A stretch of 64,000 bases of DNA from Chthoniobacterales bacterium. Lineage in GTDB: Bacteria; Verrucomicrobiota; Verrucomicrobiia; Chthoniobacterales; Chthoniobacteraceae. The position numbers and the translations under genes were made by a program. The stretch spans positions 128,001 to 192,000 of the forward strand of contig JBBQZX010000007.1 of assembly GCA_038207335.1 (NCBI GenBank), given 5' to 3'. Within the stretch, counting starts at the first letter, position 1; every line of letters starts with the position of its first letter. The notes under the pieces are model-generated. The model worked only from the letters and a program-made list of their open reading frames with translations. It ran no database searches and had not been told where the DNA came from. Below are positions 45,896 through 54,625 of this stretch, piece after piece.

Positions 45896-46867
45896 TCAAG
45901 AGACGCCGGGCGGCACCGCAGGCTCCAGATTCCGCGTCTCGCGGATGAGATAGACGCGCTTTCCCTGGCTCTCGAAAAAGGTGCGCATGATGACTTCCGC
46001 GAGCAGGCCGAGGAGCACGCAGATCACTCCGACACCGGCGGTCATTACGGCCACGAGCGGCATCGGCGTCTCGATGAATGAGCGCGGCACGCTGGCGAAA
46101 TATTTCAAAAAAACAGCGAACGCCGCGCTGAGAAAGCTGAGCGAAAACGCGGAGAGCCCAACCGCACCGAAGACGTACATCGGCTTCTGTTGGAAGCGGT
46201 CGAGGAACTTCACGACGATGAGGTCGGCGAGCACTTTGAGCACGCGCTCGAGGCCGTATTTCGAGTTGCCGCTGGTGCGCGCGTAGTGGCGCACGGGCAC
46301 CTCCGCGATGCGCGCGCCGTGCCACGAAACGTAGATCGGCAGGAAGCGGTGCATCTCGCCGTAGAGCCGCACGCCCTCGATCACGTCGCGCCGATACGCC
46401 TTCAGCGAGCAGCCGAAATCATGGAGCTTCACGCCGCTGACGAATGAGATGAGCCGGTTCGCCATGATGCTCGGGAGGTTGCGTTTCACCGCATTGTCCT
46501 TGCGATCTTTCCGCCAGCCGGAGCACACGTCGTAGCCCTCCTCGAGCTTCGCGAGCATGAGTGGGATGTCGGCGGGATCGTTCTGCAGGTCCCCGTCGAT
46601 CGGGATGATGATGTCGCCGCGCGCGTGGTCGAAACCGGCCATCATCGCGGCGGTCTGGCCGAAGTTCCGGCGAAAGTGGATCACCTTCACCGCGGGGTCA
46701 CGCGCGGCGATTTCGTCGAGCAATTCCTCGCTGCCGTCGGTCGATCCGTCATTCACCAGGATGAGCTCCCACGGCTGGCCGATCTCGCGCATCGTGGAGC
46801 TGATGCGCTCGTAAAGCGGCACGATATTCCCCACTTCATTGCAGATAGGGACGGTGACAGAGAGCAT
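45896..46867 (-). CDS. Glycosyltransferase family 2 (ArnC/DPM1-like, two C-terminal TM helices)
   Basis: VNDGSTDGS, RRNFGQTAA, DGDLQNDP, LYGEMHRFLP. Confidence 0.9.
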   Translation of the reverse strand: MLSVTVPICNEVGNIVPLYERISSTMREIGQPWELILVNDGSTDGSEELLDEIAARDPAVKVIHFRRNFGQTAAMMAGFDHARGDIIIPIDGDLQNDPADIPLMLAKLEEGYDVCSGWRKDRKDNAVKRNLPSIMANRLISFVSGVKLHDFGCSLKAYRRDVIEGVRLYGEMHRFLPIYVSWHGARIAEVPVRHYARTSGNSKYGLERVLKVLADLIVVKFLDRFQQKPMYVFGAVGLSAFSLSFLSAAFAVFLKYFASVPRSFIETPMPLVAVMTAGVGVICVLLGLLAEVIMRTFFESQGKRVYLIRETRNLEPAVPPGVS

Positions 46868-47023
46868 CGCGGCGACCGTATCGGCGGCGGAAAGATCGTG
46901 CAAAATTAAAACCGGTCTGCGGGCAGATATCGCCGTTGGCATCGGAGGTGTCTCCGGGATGACAGAGCGAGCGTAGGTGCCGAATGAGGCGTCGATGCCG
47001 TCGCGCTGGGGCTCACCACCCAC

Positions 47024-47533
47024 TTGGCGGATCTCACCGATGCCAGCCACACCGCCACCGATGCCCTCGAAGAGAGCATCACCACGGCCACCACCCAAGC
47101 AATCGAAGCCGTCAACGCCACCGCCGCCAAAGACGACCTCCGCGCCAGTGGCATCGCCCTGTTGAACGCCGCCGCCAGTTGGGCCGAAGACAACGTCAAA
47201 GTCCCGCTCAAGCTTAGCAAGGTTTACACCCTGCAAGCCACAGCCACCCCCACCACCAGCATCGCGCAATTCACCGACCTTGCCATCAGCTTCGGCGACG
47301 GCCCCGGCGAACTCGACACCATGTGGAAGTCCGTGGACCGCGCCATGTCCTACGAACTCCAATGGCGCCTCGCCGCCGCCGGCACCTGGACCCTCGCCAA
47401 AACCGCCAACAAAAGCCGCACCCGCCTAATCGACCTCCCCAGCGCCCCGTGCATCCAAATCCGCGCCCGCGCCCTCGGCCCCAACGACATCCAAGGCCCC
47501 TGGAGCGACCCCGGCGAGCACCTAGTCCCCTAA
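47024..47533 (+). pseudogene. FN3-like domain protein, probably 5'-degraded
   Basis: Helical N-part plus GELDTMW..SYELQW..QIRARALG...GPWSDP (FN3-like). Only a TTG start; in-frame TGA at 46985-46987. Confidence 0.5.
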
Positions 47534-47879
47534 ACCAAAGCCCCTATACAACACTCCGCGGCGCGCCCAGAAAACGGCGGCGCGCAGAGGAATTTTTTCC
47601 GTAACTTTCGTCAACCCCTCGTTACCAAGCTGACGTGCGAATTGCTCCCGCTCTAAACGTCACGCCTGTATTTTTGTGTGTTTCGCGAGTGGACTTCGGG
47701 GAGGCAGAACAACCTCGTAGTTTCGTGAAGGACTTATACCAGACCAATGCGACAACGTTTGGCTCGTAGCCTCCTTCAATGGGCATTTTGTCTTGAGGTA
47801 AAGATATGCCGCTGTCACTATTGACGCTGGCGTTGACTAATCAACCGTCCAGAAGCTCCAGAGTGGGGACTCGTCCTTC

Positions 47880-48119
47880 AGCTGTGGTGCGGGCACGGTC
47901 TTTGAATCGACAGACGCTCGCGGCGATGGGGACAAGGTGTTCGGCACGGAAGACTGTGCCGACTTTGCCGTCGAACTCGGTGGAATGAGCTTCGCGCACG
48001 GCTTCCTCGGTGAGCCCGTGAGTGGCGAGCCACTGCACCGGGAAGCCACGGATGAGGAACTGTGCGCGGTCGATGGAATAGCCGAGCCGCTGGAGGTGCT
48101 CATCAATTGCAGGGATGGC
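47880..48119 (-). pseudogene. Internal fragment of a nucleotidyltransferase-like gene
   Basis: Hand translation upstream of GTG 48038 gives AIPAIDEHLQRLGYSIDRAQFLIRGFPVQWLATHGLTEEAVREA..VFRAEHLVPIAASVCRFKDRAR; the N-terminal catalytic motif is absent. Confidence 0.55.
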
Positions 48120-48288
48120 GGCGCTGTGCCCGCGGTCCGCTGGACTGGACGGTGGGGCTCGCGCGGGGATGGATGGTTTTGGGAGACTCGGCTTCGGGGC
48201 TTGCCGCGGAGGGGCTTTGCGGGCGAGATCGCGAGTGCCGGAAAAAATGCGCGCGATCCTTCACTCCACTCAGCCGCAGTGGTGCCGC

Positions 48289-49305
48289 ATGGCCGGGACT
48301 CTGGCGTCGCGGGTGATTGCGGTCGCGGGGTTTTGCGCGGGCTTTGCGTTGACGGCGGCCGTGCTGCGACCTTTCGCTGAGCGCCTCCATGTGCCGCAGG
48401 TGACAGAGGGGCTTGATTTTCTCGCGGCGGATCGGGACGAGTTCGACACGCTTTTTGTCGGCTCCAGTCGGATCCGGCGGCAGGTGTCGCCCCGCGTTTT
48501 CGATGCGCGAATGCGCGCTCTCGGCCACCCGACGCACTCGCTGAATCTCGGGATCGATGCGATGACATTCCCCGAGTTATCGTATTTTTTCGATCAAATC
48601 CTCGCGGCTCGTCCGAGCGGCATCTCGCGGGTGATTTTCGACGTGAATCCGATCCGGCGAAAGATCGATCCCGGCAACGACGAGCACTCGCTGCGCGCGA
48701 TCTACTGGCACGACTGGGAGCACACCGCACAGGCGTGCGAAGCGCTCTGGCACGACTACGGTGTCGCGCCGCTGGCGGTGGCGGAGCGGATGCGGGTCTT
48801 CGGGCTGCACCTGCGGATGTTCGCCGTCCGGGGGAGTCTCATCGGTCGCGGGACGCCGGGTCTGCAGAGGCGGTTGTATGCTGCGCCGGCGGAGGCATCG
48901 GCCGCGGACATGGGGCCCGAAGGGGATGGATTTTTTCCTGTTGCCGGCTCGATGGACGGCCCGGCGGCCGCGGAATATCTCCGCTTCCAGCGATCCTTGC
49001 CACCGCCGGATGCGCGCCCGGTTCATCGCGATCCGCTTCATGACCGGGCGCTCCGCGAGCTTGCAGCGAAAGTGCGACGTGCGGGTGCCCGTCCGATCTT
49101 TCTCATCTCGCCGACACCCGCGAAAACGCGCCCGTCGGTGCCTCGCGGTGTGACTGTGCTGGAATTCGACGATCCGGCCGCAGTGCCCACGCTCTTTGCC
49201 GCGGAGAACCGCTACGACGCAAATCACCTGAATACCGCCGGCGCGCTCCGGTATTCCGCGATGGTCGCCGAGGCGCTCGTCACCGCTCCTGAAAGCGCGG
49301 AGTGA
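48289..49305 (+). CDS. Membrane-anchored SGNH-like protein
   Basis: N-terminal TM, LFVGSSR, NLGIDA, C-terminal YDANHLN.AGA (DxxH). Confidence 0.65.
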   Translation: MAGTLASRVIAVAGFCAGFALTAAVLRPFAERLHVPQVTEGLDFLAADRDEFDTLFVGSSRIRRQVSPRVFDARMRALGHPTHSLNLGIDAMTFPELSYFFDQILAARPSGISRVIFDVNPIRRKIDPGNDEHSLRAIYWHDWEHTAQACEALWHDYGVAPLAVAERMRVFGLHLRMFAVRGSLIGRGTPGLQRRLYAAPAEASAADMGPEGDGFFPVAGSMDGPAAAEYLRFQRSLPPPDARPVHRDPLHDRALRELAAKVRRAGARPIFLISPTPAKTRPSVPRGVTVLEFDDPAAVPTLFAAENRYDANHLNTAGALRYSAMVAEALVTAPESAE

Positions 49306-49354
49306 AGCCAGCCTTGCCAAGGCCGCTCGCGATCCGCAAAAACTTGCCTGTCTC

Positions 49355-49966
49355 ATGAGCAGCGACCGCAAAAATCTTTTCGTCAGCGAGGGTCTCGTCA
49401 CGCCGCCGCAGCGCTGGCAGCAGGCGGGGCAAAAGGGATGCGTCGTGTGGTTCACGGGGTTGTCGGGCTCGGGGAAATCGACGCTTTCGCGCGAGGTGGA
49501 GCGCGAGCTTTTCGCACGCGGGCTGCGCGCGTTTCTGCTCGATGGCGATAATCTCCGCCGCGCGCTGAATGCCGATCTCGGCTTCTCGCACGCGGATCGC
49601 ACGGAAAATATCCGTCGCACCGCCGAGGTCGCGCGCCTGCTGGCGATGGCGGGGGAGGCGACGATCACGGCGTTCATCTCGCCGTACCGCGAGGATCGTG
49701 AAAAGGCCCGCGGCATCGCGGCGGCGAGCGGGTGCGACTTTTACGAGGTCTTCATCGATGCGCCGCTGGCGGTCTGCGAGTCACGCGACCCGAAGCACCT
49801 CTACGCCCGTGCGCGCGCCGGGGAGATTGCGGAATTCACCGGCATTAGCGCTCCATACGAAGCGCCCGAACGGCCCGATATCCACGTCCGCACCGCGGAA
49901 TCGGGCGTGCCGGAATGCGTCGCCCAGATCGTCGATTTTCTCCTCCCCCGGCTGCGTATCGACTGA
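49355..49966 (+). CDS. cysC: Adenylyl-sulfate kinase
   Basis: WFTGLSGSGKST, LDGDNLR, DR.ENIRR, FISPY, FTGISAPYE.P. Confidence 0.95.
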   Translation: MSSDRKNLFVSEGLVTPPQRWQQAGQKGCVVWFTGLSGSGKSTLSREVERELFARGLRAFLLDGDNLRRALNADLGFSHADRTENIRRTAEVARLLAMAGEATITAFISPYREDREKARGIAAASGCDFYEVFIDAPLAVCESRDPKHLYARARAGEIAEFTGISAPYEAPERPDIHVRTAESGVPECVAQIVDFLLPRLRID

Positions 49967-50108
49967 TCCCGCACAGCCCGAGCAGGGCAAAACGGCTTGC
50001 CTTTCCCCCCGTCCTGCCAAAGCGTTGCCGCCCTCGCGCTGCGGCAACCGAGCCCGCCGAGAAACCGCACCCGGCCGCTCAGCACCGAACTCCGCCACAC
50101 CCGCACGA

Positions 50109-50972
50109 ATGCCCGACTCGCCCAGCGCGCCACCTATCACATGGACGAAAATCATCGTCCCGGCGCGCAACGCCTTCGACATCTCTTGGCGCGAACTCTG
50201 GGCCTACCGCGACCTCATCCGCCTGCTCGCAAAGCGCGACATTTCCGCCGGCTACATGCAGACCGTGCTCGGCCCGTTCTGGTTCATCCTCCAGCCCATC
50301 CTCACGACTGCCGTCTTCAGCTTTCTCTTTGGCCGCATGGCGAAGATGGGCACCGAAAACATCCCGCATTTCCTCTTCTACATGAGCGGTCTCATGGCAT
50401 GGGGCTACTTCGCCGAATGCGTGAATAAGACCTCGATGACCTTCCTTCGCAACGCCCCGATCTTCTCCAAGGTCTATTTCCCGCGCCTCGCCGTTCCCTT
50501 CTCCATCATCCTCACAAACCTTCTCGGTTTTCTCATCCAGCTCGGCATCTTTCTTGTCGCGCTCGCCTTTTACATGTGGAAAGGCGCGCCCGTGCATCCA
50601 AACTGGCGCATCGTCCTACTGCCTGCGCTGCTCATCCAGATGGCTATGCTAGGCATTGGCACCGGCTGCATCGTCGCCTCGCTCACCACGCGCTACCGCG
50701 ACCTATCGCTAGGTGTCGGCTTCGGCGTGCAACTCTGGATGTATGCCAGTTCCATCGTCTTTCCCATCTCGCGCATCGCGCCGGATGACCGCTGGATTTT
50801 CTACCTCAATCCCATGGTGCCAGTGGTCGAATCCTTTCGCTTTGCCTTCCTCGGCACGGGCCTTGTCGAGCCCATCCATCTCATCGTCAGCTTCGGCGTC
50901 AGCCTTTGCATCATGCTGCTGGGTCTCTCCATGTTCCATCGCACCGAGCAGACGGCCATGGATGCCGTCTGA
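50109..50972 (+). CDS. wzm: Polysaccharide ABC transporter permease
   Basis: ELWAYRDL, QTVLGPFWFILQP, KVYFPRL, YRDL, LNPM. Confidence 0.92.
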   Translation: MPDSPSAPPITWTKIIVPARNAFDISWRELWAYRDLIRLLAKRDISAGYMQTVLGPFWFILQPILTTAVFSFLFGRMAKMGTENIPHFLFYMSGLMAWGYFAECVNKTSMTFLRNAPIFSKVYFPRLAVPFSIILTNLLGFLIQLGIFLVALAFYMWKGAPVHPNWRIVLLPALLIQMAMLGIGTGCIVASLTTRYRDLSLGVGFGVQLWMYASSIVFPISRIAPDDRWIFYLNPMVPVVESFRFAFLGTGLVEPIHLIVSFGVSLCIMLLGLSMFHRTEQTAMDAV

Positions 50973-50990
50973 CCTAGCCTCGCGCCTGCC

Positions 50991-52241
50991 ATGTCCGTTG
51001 TTGTCAAAGTAGAAAATCTCTCCAAGCAATTCCGTCTCGGGATGCTCAATCGCCGCACGTTCTTCGCCGGCCTCCGCGAGCGTTTTGGAGCGAAAAAGAC
51101 CGACTCCTCCGCTCCTGCGACTGATGACTTCTGGGCGCTCCGGGATGTCTCCTTTGAAGTCAACGAAGGTGACGTGCTGGGCATCCTCGGTCGCAACGGC
51201 GCAGGTAAATCGACGCTCCTGAAAATTCTTTCGCAGATCACCGCGCCTACCTCCGGGCGCGTCTTTTTGAAAGGTCGCGTCGCCAGTCTTCTAGAAGTCG
51301 GCACCGGCTTTCATCCCGACCTCACAGGCCGAGACAATGTCTTTCTCAACGGCGCGATCCTCGGCATGACGCGCCGCGAAATTGCCGCAAAGTTCGACGA
51401 AATCGCTGAGTTCTCCGGCGTCGAGCGCTTTCTCGACACGCCTGTGAAGCGCTACTCCAGCGGCATGAAAGTGCGCCTCGCCTTCGCCGTCGCCGCGCAC
51501 CTCGAGCCTGAGATACTCATCATCGATGAAGTGCTGGCCGTCGGCGACGTCGCCTTTCAGCAAAAGTGCATCGGCAAAATCGGCGACGTCGCGCGCAATG
51601 GGCGCACCGTTCTCTTTGTCAGTCACAATGCCGCAGCCGTCGAAAGCCTTTGCACGCGCGGCATCGTGCTGGAGGGGGGAAAGGTGAGTTTTGAAGGAAC
51701 ACAATCCCAAGCTATCACCGCCTACTCCACGAGCTACGGAGCCGCCGCCCAATCGCTCGCCGACCGCCCCGATCGCACAGGCAACGGCGACGCGCGCATC
51801 ACCTCGATCGAACTGCGCGACGAAGAAGGGCGCACCCTGCACCACGCGCTTTCCGGCAAGACCCTCGACCTATGGTTTCACTACGAGCGCCACAGCGAGC
51901 GGAGCTATCCAAATCTCAACATGCGGATCAACGTGACGACACAGCTAGGCGCACCGGTCTTCACACAGTCCAATCATCTCACCGGTCATAGCTTTTCCAC
52001 CTTGCCCGAGCGCGGCGCATTCGTCTGCCGCATCCCGCGCCTGCCGCTCCCCGAATCGACCTACCGCGTCGATTACGCCCTCAACTCGGATTACAAGCAC
52101 TTCGATAGTCTCGACCGCCTACTCAACGCCCTGGAACTCCACGTCGAGCGAGGCGATTACTTCAAGACCGGACAAGTCGCAGGCATCAAAACCGGTGTCT
52201 GCCTCGTCGATGCCCAGTGGCGTCTGGAACTCATCCCATGA
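50991..52241 (+). CDS. wzt: Polysaccharide ABC transporter ATPase with C-terminal Wzt-C domain
   Basis: FWALRDVSF, GRNGAGKST, YSSGM.VRLAF, DEVLAVGD, VSH; a long C-terminal extension starting near GNGDARITSIEL. Confidence 0.93.
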   Translation: MSVVVKVENLSKQFRLGMLNRRTFFAGLRERFGAKKTDSSAPATDDFWALRDVSFEVNEGDVLGILGRNGAGKSTLLKILSQITAPTSGRVFLKGRVASLLEVGTGFHPDLTGRDNVFLNGAILGMTRREIAAKFDEIAEFSGVERFLDTPVKRYSSGMKVRLAFAVAAHLEPEILIIDEVLAVGDVAFQQKCIGKIGDVARNGRTVLFVSHNAAAVESLCTRGIVLEGGKVSFEGTQSQAITAYSTSYGAAAQSLADRPDRTGNGDARITSIELRDEEGRTLHHALSGKTLDLWFHYERHSERSYPNLNMRINVTTQLGAPVFTQSNHLTGHSFSTLPERGAFVCRIPRLPLPESTYRVDYALNSDYKHFDSLDRLLNALELHVERGDYFKTGQVAGIKTGVCLVDAQWRLELIP

Positions 52242-53146
52242 ATCGCCGCGCACCATTCGAGTTCCTCTGCATCGGCGCGCAAAAGGCGGGCACGACATGG
52301 CTTTGGGAAATGCTGCGGCATCATCCGCAGGTCTGGATGCCGCCCTACAAGGAGCTGCACTACTTTGACCGCGCCACCACCTATCCCTCGAATAGCTTCC
52401 TCGCTGACAACAACCCACTCACCCGCCTGCTAGGCCGCGAGCCGCGCCACCGCGAGCTCCGCGGCATCGAAAAACAGCTACTCCAGCAAGCATGGAAGCA
52501 GCGCGACCTCAAAGCGCTCCGCTGGGCGCTCAACTTCACCTTCGGAACGTATGGCGACGCGTGGTATGCTTCTCTCTTTGCCGGAAGCACAGCCCGGATG
52601 CGCGGCGAAATCACGCCCTCCTATTCCATCCTGGACGTCGAAGACATCGCGCGCATCCATCGCCTCGCCCCCGATCTCAAAGTCATCTTCCTCATGCGCA
52701 ACCCCATCGAGCGTGCATGGTCGCAGATTCGCTTTGACTGGACACGCGGCGCATTCGACGCGATCGACGACATGGAAAGCGTCCGCGCTTTCATCCAAAG
52801 CCCACGCCAGGAACTCCGTAGCAACTATCTCCGCACCCTCGACCTCTGGGAAAGCGTGTTCCCCAAAGCGCAAATCCACTGCGGCTTCTACGACGACATC
52901 TCCACGCAGCCCAAAGTCATGCTCACCACAGTCCTCGAGTTCCTGGGGATCGACGCCAGCGCGGAGTTTGTCTCGGGCATCCTCGGCCGCAAATTCCACG
53001 TCTCAAAGGAAAAGGAAATCCCCGCTGAAATCCGCGCATTCCTAGCCGAAAAATACCACCCGGAGATCGTGAAGCTCAGCGACCGCTTCGGAGGAGTTGC
53101 CCTGAAATGGCGGGAGGATGTCGCCGCGATGAAGAGCCAATCCTGA
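52238..53146 (+). CDS. Sulfotransferase (PAPS-dependent)
   Basis: FLCIGAQKAGTTWL (5'-PSB), KELHYFD, GEITPSY, MRNPIERAWS (3'-PB). Confidence 0.9.
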   Translation: MNRRAPFEFLCIGAQKAGTTWLWEMLRHHPQVWMPPYKELHYFDRATTYPSNSFLADNNPLTRLLGREPRHRELRGIEKQLLQQAWKQRDLKALRWALNFTFGTYGDAWYASLFAGSTARMRGEITPSYSILDVEDIARIHRLAPDLKVIFLMRNPIERAWSQIRFDWTRGAFDAIDDMESVRAFIQSPRQELRSNYLRTLDLWESVFPKAQIHCGFYDDISTQPKVMLTTVLEFLGIDASAEFVSGILGRKFHVSKEKEIPAEIRAFLAEKYHPEIVKLSDRFGGVALKWREDVAAMKSQS

Positions 53147-54021
53147 TGCGCCTCTCCGCATACTTCGGCAAAGAACATCTAATCCGCGATGCGGAAGTGA
53201 GCTTCGGTTTTCCACCTTCGACCAGACGCGCTGGCTCTTTCAGTTATGTGACTAGCCACACCGCGCTCGAAACTGCAAACGCAAACGAGAATGTCTCCGC
53301 AATCTTCACGACCCCAGAAATGGCCGGAGGTGTCATTGCCAGCAAAGGCTGCATCGCAGTCGAGCTACCCCAGTTTTCATTCTACCAGTTTCACAACGCG
53401 CTTTGCCGTTCCGGCACCTTCCGCGACAACAAGATCGCTCCCTCGGCGACGATCCACCCGACTGCAGTTCTAGGACGAAACGTGCAAGTCGCACCGGGCG
53501 TTTGCATCGGGGCTCATGCTGTCATCGAAGACGACACGATCATCGGCAATGACAGCCTGATCGGGCCAAATACCGTCATCGGCGGACGCGGGTTGCAGGA
53601 CACATTCGTCGATGGGAGAAATGTGCTGGTAGAATTCGCGGGCGGGGTCCGCATCGGCGCGCGGTGTGAAATACTCAGCGGCGTGCTCATACAACGTCCT
53701 TACCTTTCTGAATATACCGAGATATCCGACGACACGAAGCTGGGACCGGGAGCAAGCATTGGACACTCGTGCTACGTAGGACGCGCCGCGCTCATCGGCG
53801 CGCGCAGTGTCGTCGCTGGAAATTGCCGCATCGGCGAAGGCGTCTGGCTCGGTGCCGGCGCGATCGTTTCCGATGCCATTGCGATCGGCGACCGCGCGCG
53901 CATCCAGCTCGGCAGCGTTGTTGTCCGCGATGTCGCAGCCGACGAAGTAGTCTCGGGGAACTTTGCGCTGCCACACGCCCAACACCTTCGCATCCACACC
54001 CGGCAGCTCTATGCCCACTGA
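53146..54021 (+). CDS. LpxD-like hexapeptide-repeat acyltransferase
   Basis: LpxD-like N-domain, then IAPSATIHPTAVLG and further hexapeptide repeats, GGVRIG, IGH, VSGNFA. Confidence 0.8.
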   Translation: MRLSAYFGKEHLIRDAEVSFGFPPSTRRAGSFSYVTSHTALETANANENVSAIFTTPEMAGGVIASKGCIAVELPQFSFYQFHNALCRSGTFRDNKIAPSATIHPTAVLGRNVQVAPGVCIGAHAVIEDDTIIGNDSLIGPNTVIGGRGLQDTFVDGRNVLVEFAGGVRIGARCEILSGVLIQRPYLSEYTEISDDTKLGPGASIGHSCYVGRAALIGARSVVAGNCRIGEGVWLGAGAIVSDAIAIGDRARIQLGSVVVRDVAADEVVSGNFALPHAQHLRIHTRQLYAH

Positions 54022-54625
54022 GTTCCCGCTTTCGCTGAATTTCAAAGGCTCGCGCACCTACCTGCAAGGGCCGGACATCCACGATGCCGTCTGCGATTTG
54101 CTCGCCGCCGAGGGCTACAGCGCCATTTGCAAAGTAGATTTGATTTTTCGCAAACTCGCGGAGACACAACTCAAAGCAACTGTCTATTTGGATGAGGCAA
54201 TCCCTGAATCGTCGGCGAACGCCGTCTTCCGCTGCACTTTTAAAGACAACCAAGTCACCGTCTTCTTGAACGAGACGGGGGACGAGGTTCTCGGTCGTGT
54301 GAGCTACGATGAAGAGTCGATGATCGAGAAAGCCACACTCGATGCAGGGCAACGAACAATCTCCGTCGAGCCCCAGGCCGGCTTCTCAAACATCGAAACC
54401 GTCGTCTCGCTCAACAAAACCCTGCTCCGCGCCTTGTTTCCGGAAGCCACGGGACGCTGGATATTCACCCGGCTCCAACTACCATCGTCGATTCGCCACA
54501 CCACTTGGCGGCGGTTGGAAGTTCGGTTCCTCGACCATTCGAATTTCCGCATCACTCGTTCCAAACTGTTCGGCGATGGTGTGCCACTTGGCACTCTTTA
54601 TTTTTCGCTGCTTCCGTCGCCATGA
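54011..54625 (+). CDS. Hypothetical protein
   Basis: 204 aa ORF overlapping both neighbours; FKGSRTYLQGPDI motif; no family recognised. Confidence 0.75.
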   Translation: MPTEFPLSLNFKGSRTYLQGPDIHDAVCDLLAAEGYSAICKVDLIFRKLAETQLKATVYLDEAIPESSANAVFRCTFKDNQVTVFLNETGDEVLGRVSYDEESMIEKATLDAGQRTISVEPQAGFSNIETVVSLNKTLLRALFPEATGRWIFTRLQLPSSIRHTTWRRLEVRFLDHSNFRITRSKLFGDGVPLGTLYFSLLPSP

